Of a stretch of DNA of 64,000 nucleotides, positions 8,892 to 19,163 are shown in pieces; the first letter of the stretch is position 1, and every line of letters starts with the position of its first letter. Made by a program: the position numbers and the translations under genes. This DNA is from Ignavibacteria bacterium (lineage in GTDB: Bacteria > Bacteroidota > Ignavibacteria > Kapaibacteriales > UBA2268). The notes beneath the pieces were generated by a model. It was not told the origin of the DNA, did not search any database, and saw nothing but the letters and a program-made list of their open reading frames with translations. Where the stretch lies: NCBI GenBank assembly GCA_037440445.1, contig JBBIUA010000010.1, forward strand, positions 13,734 to 77,733, read 5' to 3'.

Positions 8892-11843
8892 CTATTTACT
8901 TCGTTTTGGCAAAGTAAAATGGAAGGTAGTGCCTGAATTTGGTTTGCTTTCGAACCAAAGCCTACCACCATTTATTTTTACTAATTCTTTAACGATACTT
9001 AATCCCAATCCTGTCCCAATTTCATTGTTTGTTCCAGGGGTTGTGTAAACAAAATCGAGTTGCAATAGCTTATCCTGAACTTCATAAGGAATACCCACAC
9101 CATTATCTTGAACTGAAATTTGTTCAAATTTCTCGCCGTTTTCCTCGATTGTCTTCGAATAAATTCTAACTACACCACCCTCATTTGTAAATTTTATCGC
9201 ATTTGAAACCAAGTTTCGTGAAATTGTATAAGTAGAATTCGAGTCAGCAAAGACAATCACTGAATCGTCGATTCGGGATAATAAAACTATATGCTTTTTT
9301 TGGGCAGAGTTTTGAAAAAAAGATACTGCCGAGTCTACAACAAATTTCAAGTTCAGTTCAACAGGATTGAACTGCGTCGATTTAGTTTGTGTCCTTGCCC
9401 AAATTAGTAATTCTTCGAGCAAATCGGCAAGTTTAGTTGAACTGGTTTGAATTGCAAAAATGAAGTCTCGCATTTCTTCAGTTTTCAACTCGTCGAACGA
9501 ACGAACAAACTCATCACTTAAACTTTTAATGCCATAAATTGGGTTTTTCAAATCGTGTACGATAATGGAAAAGAATCGGTCCTTTGTTGCATTCAACTCG
9601 CTAAGCTCTTTGTTTTTTTGATTCAACTCATTATTAATTCTTTCCAGTTCTTTACTTTTAAAAATTAGCTCCTTTTGTATTTTTTCAAGATGCTCTTGAT
9701 ATTTCACTTGTTCAGTAATATCGTAGAAGACAACAAGAAAAGAATCGAGAATTCCAAATACAAAGGGGACAGAAGAAACAGAATAAATTGTTTGTTCATT
9801 TTTAGTTCGAATCTGGATTTGGCTTTTAGTTTTTCCATCTGGTTTCAAAATAGCATCGAAGATTCTTGATAATTCATCATTCGAAAAGTACTTTGTTAAG
9901 TTCGAAAATGGAACAACTTCGGTTGTGAAAATTTCTCCAAATGTATACTTCGCAATCTGGTTTGAAAAGATAATCTGTTCATTGTGAACGACAAAAGCCG
10001 GAAGGGGTAAATGTTCAACAATTTCACGGTATTGTTTTTCGCTGGATTTTAAAGCTTCTTCGGCTTTGACTTGTGCAGTAATATCACCTCCAATAACCAC
10101 AAGCCCCCTCCTTGAACCATCTATATTGTAGGCTGGAACTTTAATTACATCAAAAATTCTTATGTATCCGTCCTTTGTTTTTACAGATTCTCGGAATCGA
10201 CTTGCTTTACCATTTTCCCAAGTAGTTTTATCGGAGGCAATACAAGTTTCGAATGCCTCTCTATAAAATTCATCATACTCTATCAATTCCAAATCTGTTT
10301 TACCTATTACTTCCTTGCCAATTAAATTGAAAATTTCGAGCATTGAACGATTAGAATAAACCCAGAGGCCTTTTGGGTCCTTGATTGCAACCCCAAAAGG
10401 AAGAGCATCTAACATCGAAAAGATGAAATTCCATGTTTGTTTTAATTCCTCTTCCTTTCGCTTCTTATCGGTAATATCAATTCCAACCGACAAAACTTCG
10501 ACTAAGTTACCATTATTGTCATAGATGGGAGTATTTTTCCATGCAATCCATACCTTTGTCCCATCCTTCTTAATATTTTCGTTTTCGTTTTGTTCAAATT
10601 TTATTGGGTCTTGGAGTACTTCTTTAATTAATAATTCAAGGTTCCTTTCAGTCGAACTTTCAATTTTCGGGACAATAGTTCCAATTACATTCTTACCAAT
10701 AAGTTCATCGCGAGAATAACCAAAAAAGTTCAAACCAAATTGATTCATATATAAAATATTTCCAGAAAGGTCCATATTTAAAATAATGCTGTTTGCATTT
10801 TCGAGCAAATTTTCATAGCGAGATGCAGTTTCTTGATATTTCTTCTGCAAATTAACAATCTCAGTAATATTCTGAAAAGAACCCCATGCACGAAGAACAA
10901 AACCATTTTCAACTATCCCAAAAAGAGAGTTCCGAACATATATGTTATTTCCATTTCTATCTTGAACTACAGTTACAAAACCATCAAGAGAATAATTGTT
11001 TTCAATAAACCTGCGAAGAAGTTCGGCTTTTGTGGGATTATCAAGGCTGATGATTTTAGAAATTGGTGTACCTTTTGCTGATTCAATGCTTTCAAAACCG
11101 TAGAATTTTGCGAATGTCAAATTACAATCTGCTAAATATGCATACCTATAAATCAAATCAATTTGTTGTTCGATTGGTAAAGAAATAGGTAAAGGTTGCG
11201 GAGATTCGAAACACCAAATAGCATCTGTTGAAAGTTCTATATAGGTTTTATATTTTTCTTCGTTCTTCTTCAAAAGATTTTGATAATTCTTTAATTCGGT
11301 TAAATCAACAAAAATGTGAATAAAAGTATCAACTTCATAAAAACTTGCGCCAAATCCAGAACAAATGTGTCTTATATTACGGATTTCCCCACTTGGAACC
11401 GAAATATCGAACTCGCTAATTATTCTGTTAGCACCATTTTCGAGCTTTCGCATAGCATCCTTGCACGTTTCGAATGTTTCTTTCGAAATGAAATCAAAAA
11501 CGGTTTGACCAACTATATCAGTATCTGTAGCAAGCCCAAACAAACGAACAAATTCATTGTTGAACGACAATATTTTTCCATTAGAATCTGTAATCAAAAT
11601 TCCAACAGGAGAGTATTGAAAAAGAGCATCCAAAGTTTTTCTTTTTTTATCAACTTCTTCAAGCAATTCTTTCAATTGCAAAGCCTTCTTCTTCGTAGTG
11701 TTTAGATACAAAAGAAGAGAAATAGTAGTAATTGCAAACAACAAAAATATTAGAAAAGTTAGGGCAAACAAATCATTTAAATTTAAATGGAAAATATTTA
11801 AAGCTGTATCTCGCAAAAATTGTAAACAAATTATTGTTACCAT
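8892..11843 (-). CDS. Membrane-anchored multi-PAS sensor histidine kinase
   Basis: One TM segment, about five PAS/PAC repeats, HisKA IVHDLKNP, HATPase NAIKFT, DNGVGI, GTGLGL; start adjusted to ATG 11843, overlapping the stop of the upstream gene. Confidence 0.9.
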   Translation of the reverse strand: MVTIICLQFLRDTALNIFHLNLNDLFALTFLIFLLFAITTISLLLYLNTTKKKALQLKELLEEVDKKRKTLDALFQYSPVGILITDSNGKILSFNNEFVRLFGLATDTDIVGQTVFDFISKETFETCKDAMRKLENGANRIISEFDISVPSGEIRNIRHICSGFGASFYEVDTFIHIFVDLTELKNYQNLLKKNEEKYKTYIELSTDAIWCFESPQPLPISLPIEQQIDLIYRYAYLADCNLTFAKFYGFESIESAKGTPISKIISLDNPTKAELLRRFIENNYSLDGFVTVVQDRNGNNIYVRNSLFGIVENGFVLRAWGSFQNITEIVNLQKKYQETASRYENLLENANSIILNMDLSGNILYMNQFGLNFFGYSRDELIGKNVIGTIVPKIESSTERNLELLIKEVLQDPIKFEQNENENIKKDGTKVWIAWKNTPIYDNNGNLVEVLSVGIDITDKKRKEEELKQTWNFIFSMLDALPFGVAIKDPKGLWVYSNRSMLEIFNLIGKEVIGKTDLELIEYDEFYREAFETCIASDKTTWENGKASRFRESVKTKDGYIRIFDVIKVPAYNIDGSRRGLVVIGGDITAQVKAEEALKSSEKQYREIVEHLPLPAFVVHNEQIIFSNQIAKYTFGEIFTTEVVPFSNLTKYFSNDELSRIFDAILKPDGKTKSQIQIRTKNEQTIYSVSSVPFVFGILDSFLVVFYDITEQVKYQEHLEKIQKELIFKSKELERINNELNQKNKELSELNATKDRFFSIIVHDLKNPIYGIKSLSDEFVRSFDELKTEEMRDFIFAIQTSSTKLADLLEELLIWARTQTKSTQFNPVELNLKFVVDSAVSFFQNSAQKKHIVLLSRIDDSVIVFADSNSTYTISRNLVSNAIKFTNEGGVVRIYSKTIEENGEKFEQISVQDNGVGIPYEVQDKLLQLDFVYTTPGTNNEIGTGLGLSIVKELVKINGGRLWFESKPNSGTTFHFTLPKRSK

Positions 11844-12391
11844 ATATCGTTCATAAGTTGTACTCGATATATTCTGACACTTTCGAAAAGAACAATTCCG
11901 CCCGCCACAGCCACATTTAAAGAGTGTTTCACACCGAACATTGGAATTTCTATAGCATCGTCGCACATGTTTAAAATCTCGTCTTCGATTCCTACAAGTT
12001 CATTGCCTAAAACAATAACTAATGGGAAGTCGTCTTTTTCGATCGATGTGTATTTTCTTTTTCTATCCGTTATTTCCAAAGCAAAAATTCTATTTCCTTC
12101 CGAACGAAGAACATTTATAGCCTCCTTAGTATTTGCAAAGTAACGCCACGGGACAGTTTGCACTGCCCCAAGAGCCGTTTTTTCAATTTCTTTTCTTGGG
12201 GGATGCGGAGTAAACCCAGAAAGAATCAATTCTCGAGCAAGTGCGGCATCACAAGTTCGGAAGAGAGAGCCAACATTGTACAAACTCCTAACATTATGGA
12301 GAAGCAAAGAAATAGGATGCCTAACTACACTTTTTACTTCATCGACCGAAAGTCTTTGGGCTAAAATTTCAGTATGTAACAACCTTCGCAT
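11837..12391 (-). CDS. TrmH/SpoU-family RNA 2'-O-methyltransferase
   Basis: NVRSLYNVGSLFRT, VLGNELVG, IPMFGVKHSLNVAVA. Confidence 0.9.
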   Translation of the reverse strand: MRRLLHTEILAQRLSVDEVKSVVRHPISLLLHNVRSLYNVGSLFRTCDAALARELILSGFTPHPPRKEIEKTALGAVQTVPWRYFANTKEAINVLRSEGNRIFALEITDRKRKYTSIEKDDFPLVIVLGNELVGIEDEILNMCDDAIEIPMFGVKHSLNVAVAGGIVLFESVRIYRVQLMNDIW

Positions 12392-14864
12392 ATAAATTTT
12401 CTAACTTAATAAATTTAAATGTATTAACATTATTTTTTGAACGAAAAATTAGAAAATAAATACCGCTTGATAAATTTTTAACATCAATTTCCATCCTTAA
12501 AATATTTGATGGTATTGGAGAGTTAAAGTATTCTTTGCCAAGAAAATCAACGAGTGTAAGATAATAATTTTCATTGAAGAGTATGGAGCGATTTATTGCC
12601 AAAATATTTTCGTAAAACTCAATTGTAAATTCAAAGGCTTCTGAATTTGAATCAACAGATGAAACATTTACATAAATACTATCGGACATATCAGATTCGC
12701 ATCCATTAGGAGGAATTATTTTGACAGAGTAGTATCCATTTTTTGTAGGTTTCAAAATCCTACCAGTGGCTCCTTGAATAGGATTCCCATTGAAATACCA
12801 TTGGTTCCAACTGGGATAGTTGGACACAAGTTGACCATCAGGAAGTTGCTGGATCAATGGCTTTGCAGGAGTAGGCAGAATTGTCACATTTAAAAACGCA
12901 GAATCTTTGCAACCTGCAACATTGGTTTGGATAAGTTTTAAAGTTCCATTCGAGGAGTCGTACCAAGTAACCTTGATTTTATTTTCATTTAACAAGTTAT
13001 TCGAAAAGCCATTCTTAATTACCCAATTATTAAATATGTTATCAGTTGAATCAGTCCAATATTCATACTCTCGATGGGAACAAACGGTATTGGCTCCAAA
13101 TATCTTAACAATAGGATTATCATAAATTGTAAGGTTGGTACTAAATGGTTCAGAAATATAATGAACGTTAGTAGCACGAACTCTAACTTTGTATTTTGCA
13201 CTCCCTGGCAAACTCGTTGGTAGTTTACAAAGTATTTCTCCAGCAGTTGTCGATTTTACCCTTCCAAGTTCATACGAAGGATTGAATGAACCGTCAGGTT
13301 TCGAAAGTTCAGCAATAAACTCATTACCTTGGTAAAATGGACAACCTGCAGTTTCGTAACTCAAAGTAAAGGTTCCAACTTTGCAAAACTTTGTATTAGA
13401 CAAATTAGTTATTTTAACAATATTAGACCTTTGATTCTTAATACTTTCTATAGCACCAATATCGGGATTAAACTCATCATCTGCCGAAACCGGTCTTAGA
13501 TTACCAAACAAATCAATTTTAGGAGCAATCGACTTCAATGCATTTCCAATTGCAGGACTGCAGGTATCCAGATCAAAGTTCTCCGCTAAAAGGTTAACAA
13601 ACATCGGTTCATCGGGATATATTTTTTCACCAAGTTTGAGAATTGCTTTGTCCCTATAAAAGCCTGTAGGGAATTTAAAAATAATTGAGTGATCAATTTC
13701 TAAAGTATCATAAGCATCCCCAATAATAGCAATCGAAGAATCTTGGCAATAAAAAATTGAGTTATAAATTTTGGCATTAAATCTCCCCAATAAATAGTAA
13801 CTAAAGAACTTATTTTGCGATATGATTGTTGAATTTATAAAAACTGGTTTCATTAGAATTCCTAAGTCCGAATAAATAACAACTTCGGAGGAGTTATTCC
13901 AATAAATCAAACAATTTGTGAGATTTGAATAAGACCGCCAGTTATAAATTCCGCCTGGATTATTTTTACGAATAATACAATTCATCAGTTCCAAAGTAGT
14001 ATTATTCGAATAAATCCCTGCACCGAAATATTTTGCTTTATTGTTTTCAATTAAGCAGTTCTCAATCTTTACTATACCAGAGTTATAGCAATAAATTCCA
14101 CCTCCATAGGCCCAAGCCTCATTGTTTTTAATTTTAAGGTTACGAAGAGTGGGAGAACTACTGTAACGAATTGTAAAACCTGCGCCACTTTCCATTTCGT
14201 AATTGACGCCATTTTGTATTGTAAACCCTTCTATTAATGTTGCGTTTGTTTCTCCATTTTCAATTGTTACAACGCTCTGACCATTCTTTTGCCCATCAAT
14301 AATAGTGCTATCGGAGCCCTTCAAACCTATTAAAGAAACATCGATGCCACGAAAAACAATATTTTCGAAATATGTTCCAGGTAATACTAATAGAGTATCG
14401 TAATACCAAGCAATGTCCAATCCCTTTTGAATTGTTTTAAAAGGAGATTCTTTCGTGCCATTGTTACTATCATCACCAGTCGGCGAAATATAATATGTTT
14501 TTCCAATATAAATTATTATCTTACGTGGACTCGGTAGTGTTAAAAAGTTGGGATTCGTAGCAACAACACGCAAAAGATAATTTTTACCCAAAGGGGTTGT
14601 ATCGGGAATCACGCAGTTTACCGAAGTGTCTGAAGTTGCCGAAATAGAACCTACTACAGTTGGTGCGGAAAAATCCCCATCTTTATTTGAAAGTTCAACT
14701 CGGAAGATGTTCCCAACTTGAAATATCCCAGAAGTAAATATTCTTGTAGTGAAACTTTCTCCTGGTTTAAATGCATTTCCCGAGAACTCGAACGATGTAA
14801 TTGTTTGCGACAGAAGAAACACAGGCAAAAGAAAAGCAAGTAAAGAAATCATAATATTTTTCAT
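12369..14864 (-). CDS. Secreted right-handed beta-helix (DUF1565-like) protein with Ig-like domains and T9SS C-terminal domain
   Basis: Signal peptide; YYISPTGDDSNNGTKESPFKTIQ, parallel beta-helix repeats, SPAIG..PDIGAIE, C-terminal LSSGIYFL...FKFIK. Confidence 0.75.
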   Translation of the reverse strand: MKNIMISLLAFLLPVFLLSQTITSFEFSGNAFKPGESFTTRIFTSGIFQVGNIFRVELSNKDGDFSAPTVVGSISATSDTSVNCVIPDTTPLGKNYLLRVVATNPNFLTLPSPRKIIIYIGKTYYISPTGDDSNNGTKESPFKTIQKGLDIAWYYDTLLVLPGTYFENIVFRGIDVSLIGLKGSDSTIIDGQKNGQSVVTIENGETNATLIEGFTIQNGVNYEMESGAGFTIRYSSSPTLRNLKIKNNEAWAYGGGIYCYNSGIVKIENCLIENNKAKYFGAGIYSNNTTLELMNCIIRKNNPGGIYNWRSYSNLTNCLIYWNNSSEVVIYSDLGILMKPVFINSTIISQNKFFSYYLLGRFNAKIYNSIFYCQDSSIAIIGDAYDTLEIDHSIIFKFPTGFYRDKAILKLGEKIYPDEPMFVNLLAENFDLDTCSPAIGNALKSIAPKIDLFGNLRPVSADDEFNPDIGAIESIKNQRSNIVKITNLSNTKFCKVGTFTLSYETAGCPFYQGNEFIAELSKPDGSFNPSYELGRVKSTTAGEILCKLPTSLPGSAKYKVRVRATNVHYISEPFSTNLTIYDNPIVKIFGANTVCSHREYEYWTDSTDNIFNNWVIKNGFSNNLLNENKIKVTWYDSSNGTLKLIQTNVAGCKDSAFLNVTILPTPAKPLIQQLPDGQLVSNYPSWNQWYFNGNPIQGATGRILKPTKNGYYSVKIIPPNGCESDMSDSIYVNVSSVDSNSEAFEFTIEFYENILAINRSILFNENYYLTLVDFLGKEYFNSPIPSNILRMEIDVKNLSSGIYFLIFRSKNNVNTFKFIKLENLYAKVVTY

Positions 14865-14933
14865 AAAACCACCTTTATTTTAAAAATTAATTTTTTCACA
14901 ACTCGTCAAAACAATTTAATAAATCCACATAAA

Positions 14934-15983
14934 ATGGAAACTCAAATTGACACATTAAATGAAATAAAAGCATTGAAATATATACCCGATTTCAATGAAT
15001 CTGCAGTAACAATCATAGAACTTTTAAATAATTCAATGAACTTATTGTTAGTAACTCATACAAATCCCGATGGCGATGCAATAGGTTCGTGTTTAGCTTT
15101 ATTGCATTACCTTAAGCAAAAAAATAAAAATACGACTCTAATTCTCCAAAGTCCAATACCTACAAATTTACGATTTCTAAATGGAATAGAAAAAGTAAAA
15201 TTTATTAATAACCAAAACAACTATAAAATACCCCAGGAACTCGATACTATTGTTGTTCTTGATTTAAATGATATTTCTCGTCTTAAAGTACTTCACGAAG
15301 AAATTCTAAAAAGCAAAGCAAAAAAAGTTGTTATTGACCACCACCAAGAGCCGAAAGATTTTGCAGATTTTTATCTTATTGACACAACTGCAAGTTCAAC
15401 TGGTGAGATTCTATTTAAACTTCTTCGACAAGACAAAAACATTAAATGGACACTTGAGATATGCGAGAATCTGTATGTAGCAATTATGACTGACACTGGA
15501 AATTTCCGTTTCGAAAGGACAGACGGCGAAGTTCACAGAATAGTTGCTGAACTAATTGATAATGGTGTAGACCCAGTTAAGCTTTACAATGAAGTTTATA
15601 ATAAGTTGCCTTTCAATGCAGCCAAATTGATGGGTTTGGGGTACAGCAAATTGGAAAGTTATTTCAATGGCAAATTGGTAATAATGCCAATTAAACACCA
15701 AGACTTTGTTCAAACAAATTCCTGCGAAGAAGACACCGAAGAATTCGTTGAATCTTTGCTTTCTATCGACGGTGTCATTATGAGCATCTTGATAATGGAG
15801 ATTATTGAAAGAAACGAAATAAGAGTTTCAATTCGTTCTAAAGGTAATTATTCTGCTCGTGCTCTTGCTTTAAATTTTGGTGGTGGTGGACATATTAACG
15901 CTGCAGGTTGCCGTTTTCCTAATGCTGATCTCGAGAGAACAAAACAAAAACTAATCGAAAAAGCAAGGGAAATATTAGTCTGA
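14934..15983 (+). CDS. nrnA: DHH-family phosphoesterase (bifunctional oligoribonuclease/PAP phosphatase)
   Basis: HTNPDGDAIGS, VIDHH, IMTDTGNF, GGGGHINAAG. Confidence 0.9.
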   Translation: METQIDTLNEIKALKYIPDFNESAVTIIELLNNSMNLLLVTHTNPDGDAIGSCLALLHYLKQKNKNTTLILQSPIPTNLRFLNGIEKVKFINNQNNYKIPQELDTIVVLDLNDISRLKVLHEEILKSKAKKVVIDHHQEPKDFADFYLIDTTASSTGEILFKLLRQDKNIKWTLEICENLYVAIMTDTGNFRFERTDGEVHRIVAELIDNGVDPVKLYNEVYNKLPFNAAKLMGLGYSKLESYFNGKLVIMPIKHQDFVQTNSCEEDTEEFVESLLSIDGVIMSILIMEIIERNEIRVSIRSKGNYSARALALNFGGGGHINAAGCRFPNADLERTKQKLIEKAREILV

Positions 15984-17210
15984 TTTTTCAAAATCCATCA
16001 ATTTGACAAAATCTTCGAAACTTTGTCGTTTCCGAATTAATTTCACACTATCTCCATGAACTAAAATTTCAGCTGGCAATGGTCTGCCATTATAATTCGA
16101 AGCCATCGAAAATCCATAAGCACCAGCATCAAGGATAATGACAATATCTCCTTCTTCGACTTCGGGTAGTGGAACATTTTTCCCTAAAATATCGGAATTC
16201 TCACAAATTTGACCACAGATTTGGGCCATTTGCACAACTCCATCCTTCCCGTAAATTTTTATCCTATGAATCGCTCCATATAACGCTGGACGAATTAACA
16301 TATTCATTCCAGCATCCAACCCAACAAATTTCTTATATCCCCTTTTGATTCCAGTTACGCGGGAGAGTACGTACCCAGCATTCCCTATCAAATACCGACC
16401 AGGTTCAATTTTTAACTCGGGTTTACCTAAATCAAATTTATCACAATATTCAAAGAAAACTTCAGAGATTAATCGAGCGGTGGTTTCAATATCCAATTCA
16501 ACATCTTCATCGCTATATGGGATACCAAATCCACCACCAATATCGATATATTCCGGTTTTATTTCAAGGTCGCTAAAAATTCTTCCAGAAATCCTAATCA
16601 ATTTTTCCAGTACTTCGGCAAAATAATATGGTTCAAGAATGTTAGAACCAGTCATAATGTGAACACCAAAACGTTTTACCCCATCCTTTTTTGCAGCAAA
16701 ATATGCTTGTTTAAGCAATTCATAAGGGACACCAAATTTTGCATCTGCTCCTCCAGTTGTAATTCCTTCGAAACCTCCCTTGCCAATTCCCGGATTTACC
16801 CTAAATGATGCAAAATCTGGACTGCATACCTTAATTAATCTATTGTAAGAAGATATATCATCCAGGTTGATTCTGACTTTACAACTCGATACATATTTTA
16901 AGTCGTCAAAGCTTTCATAATTTCCTGTATAAACAATGTCATCGGGCTTAAAACCCGCAAGCAAAGCCAAACGTAATTCAAATGGGGATGAGCAGTCTAC
17001 ACCGGCACCTAAATTTTTTATAATTCTTAGAATTTGTAAATTGGAATTTGCTTTTACCGAATAATGAATCTTGAAATTTTCGAAAAACTTTGAAAAAGCA
17101 TAAAAAATTTTCTTATAATTAGTTTCGATTAAATTTTGGTCGTAAACATACAACGGTGTTCCGTATTCATCAACAAGTGATTTTATGTCAACTTTACCGA
17201 TGAACTTCAT
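15975..17210 (-). CDS. lysA: Diaminopimelate decarboxylase
   Basis: YGTPLYVY, HYSVKAN (PLP Lys), KFG, DIGGGFG, EPGRY, GQICENSD, YGFSMASNYNGRP. Confidence 0.9.
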   Translation of the reverse strand: MKFIGKVDIKSLVDEYGTPLYVYDQNLIETNYKKIFYAFSKFFENFKIHYSVKANSNLQILRIIKNLGAGVDCSSPFELRLALLAGFKPDDIVYTGNYESFDDLKYVSSCKVRINLDDISSYNRLIKVCSPDFASFRVNPGIGKGGFEGITTGGADAKFGVPYELLKQAYFAAKKDGVKRFGVHIMTGSNILEPYYFAEVLEKLIRISGRIFSDLEIKPEYIDIGGGFGIPYSDEDVELDIETTARLISEVFFEYCDKFDLGKPELKIEPGRYLIGNAGYVLSRVTGIKRGYKKFVGLDAGMNMLIRPALYGAIHRIKIYGKDGVVQMAQICGQICENSDILGKNVPLPEVEEGDIVIILDAGAYGFSMASNYNGRPLPAEILVHGDSVKLIRKRQSFEDFVKLMDFEKSD

Positions 17211-18574
17211 TATACTTCCTCAAAAATCTTTCTATCAAAATGATTTTCAAAAAATTCTCTATGAAGTAATTTAATTGTTTTTTCAAGGTCGGTCTGATTA
17301 ACCACAAAACTGAAATTTATATCGGAAGCTCCCATACTAACCATAATAATCTTAATATTTCTCAGAGCATTAAAAATACGGGAAGCAGTAGTTGTTGAAT
17401 CTTTCAGCCCCTCCCCAACTACACTAACAATTGAACAATCTTTCAAGATTTCCAATGAAGAAATATTCGAAAGTTCTTTTACAATTTTTTCAAGATGAGT
17501 CTTATCGTCGATTGTCAATGAAACACTAATTTCAGAGGTAGAAACCAAATCGACAGAAGTTCGGTATTTATTGAATATGTCGAAGACTTGAGCAAGATAT
17601 CCATAAACTCCAAGCATTCTATTGGATATAATATTTACCACAGTTATATTCTTTCTAAAGGCAATAGCCTTTACAATTTTTTTTCTCGAAGAGCGAAAAG
17701 TAATCAAGGTTCCTTGGGATTCTGGTTTGAATGAATTCAAAACATAGACAGGGATTTTTTTTGCAACGGCTGGGAAAATTGTTTTAGGGTGCAGAACTTT
17801 TGCACCAAAAAAAGCCAATTCAGATGCTTCATCGTAGGATACTTCCTTGATTAATTTTGCATTAGGAACAACTTTGGGGTCGGCTGTTAAAATACCATCA
17901 ACATCAGTCCAAATCTCTAAAACCTTTGCATTCAAAATCGAAGCAATTACAGAAGCAGAATAATCGGAGCCACCTCTACCAAGAGTTGTTGTTTCGTTAT
18001 CTTTATTTGAACCTACAAACCCACCAGTTATCCAAAATCGACTATTTTTATACTTGGAAAATGAGTTCAAAAGGCTTTTCTTAGTATCTACAAAATCAAC
18101 TTCAGCACAAGTAAAGTTCGAATCTGTTTTTATTATTTTTCTTGGGTCGAAATAGACAATTTCCAAACCTTTTGAAAGAAAAAATGAATAAATCAAGTAC
18201 GATGAAAGCAATTCTCCAAAACTTAAAATATAATCCACAGAACGATTCGTAACCTCGCCCAAAATGCTTAATGCCTTGGCAAAAAGTAATAATTCTTCTT
18301 TTTTGGAGTATAAAAAGTCCTTGATTTGTTGTTCTATACCAAGTTCTTTCGCAGCCTTCTGATGTCTATCAAAAATATTCTCAATCAAATAATTTGTTTG
18401 TTCGGAATTTCTTTGTTTAATAGATTCGGCTAATCTTATCAACGAGTCGGTTACACTTGAAAATGCGGAAACGACTATAAATGTAGGATTTGTCTTTTTA
18501 GAAATAATCGAAAAAACATTTAATATTGCAGATGCATTTTGAACAGAAGTTCCACCAAATTTTGAAACTACCAT
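17210..18574 (-). CDS. lysC: Aspartate kinase (monofunctional, two ACT domains)
   Basis: KFGGTSV, TTLGRGGSDYSA, WTDVDGILTADP, FGAKVLHP, STSEISVS. Confidence 0.93.
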   Translation of the reverse strand: MVVSKFGGTSVQNASAILNVFSIISKKTNPTFIVVSAFSSVTDSLIRLAESIKQRNSEQTNYLIENIFDRHQKAAKELGIEQQIKDFLYSKKEELLLFAKALSILGEVTNRSVDYILSFGELLSSYLIYSFFLSKGLEIVYFDPRKIIKTDSNFTCAEVDFVDTKKSLLNSFSKYKNSRFWITGGFVGSNKDNETTTLGRGGSDYSASVIASILNAKVLEIWTDVDGILTADPKVVPNAKLIKEVSYDEASELAFFGAKVLHPKTIFPAVAKKIPVYVLNSFKPESQGTLITFRSSRKKIVKAIAFRKNITVVNIISNRMLGVYGYLAQVFDIFNKYRTSVDLVSTSEISVSLTIDDKTHLEKIVKELSNISSLEILKDCSIVSVVGEGLKDSTTTASRIFNALRNIKIIMVSMGASDINFSFVVNQTDLEKTIKLLHREFFENHFDRKIFEEV

Positions 18575-18593
18575 TTAACCTGTTAATTACTAT

Positions 18594-19160
18594 TTATAAT
18601 CCAATTTCATTCGAAACTTCTTTCATCCCATCTATTGTCAGTTGAATTAGTTCATCAAGGGAAATTCCAAGCATATCAGCCCCTTTTTGAATTATTTCTC
18701 GATTGGCACCGGCGGCAAAAGCCTTCTCCTTCCATTTCTTTTTTACCGACCTTACTTCAACATCTTTTATGCTTTTTGAAGGTCGAACCAATGCCACTGC
18801 TGTAATTAAACCAGTAAGTTCATCTATTGCGTATAAATATTTTTCCATTAAAGTTTCTGGCTCAACATCTGTGCAAGTCCCCCACCCATGGGAAAGAATT
18901 GCACGAATCAAAGATGGCTCCCAACCATGTTCTTCGAGTATCTGTTTTGTCATTTGGCAATGTTTTTCGGGATACATTTCATAGTCCAGGTCGTGAACTA
19001 AACCAACTATCCCCCAAATTTCTTCATTTTCACCAAGTTTTCGGGCAATATAACGCATAACACCTTCAACGGCTTTCGCATGCTTAATTAAAGATTCACT
19101 TTTGTTATACTCTAAAAGTAATTCCAATGCTTCTTCGCGAGTAGGGATTTTCCCATTCAT
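18594..19160 (-). CDS. HD-domain (HDIG-type) predicted hydrolase
   Basis: LIKHAKAVE, GLVHDLDYE, ILSHG, DELTG, FAAGANRE. Confidence 0.85.
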   Translation of the reverse strand: MNGKIPTREEALELLLEYNKSESLIKHAKAVEGVMRYIARKLGENEEIWGIVGLVHDLDYEMYPEKHCQMTKQILEEHGWEPSLIRAILSHGWGTCTDVEPETLMEKYLYAIDELTGLITAVALVRPSKSIKDVEVRSVKKKWKEKAFAAGANREIIQKGADMLGISLDELIQLTIDGMKEVSNEIGL

Positions 19161-19163
19161 TTT

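Noticed and set aside
11844-11966. N-terminal Cys-rich extension of the histidine kinase (MRRCYRNSNVRC...)
   Set aside because: It lies entirely within the conserved C-terminal motif of the TrmH gene in another frame. ATG 11843 is the more plausible start.
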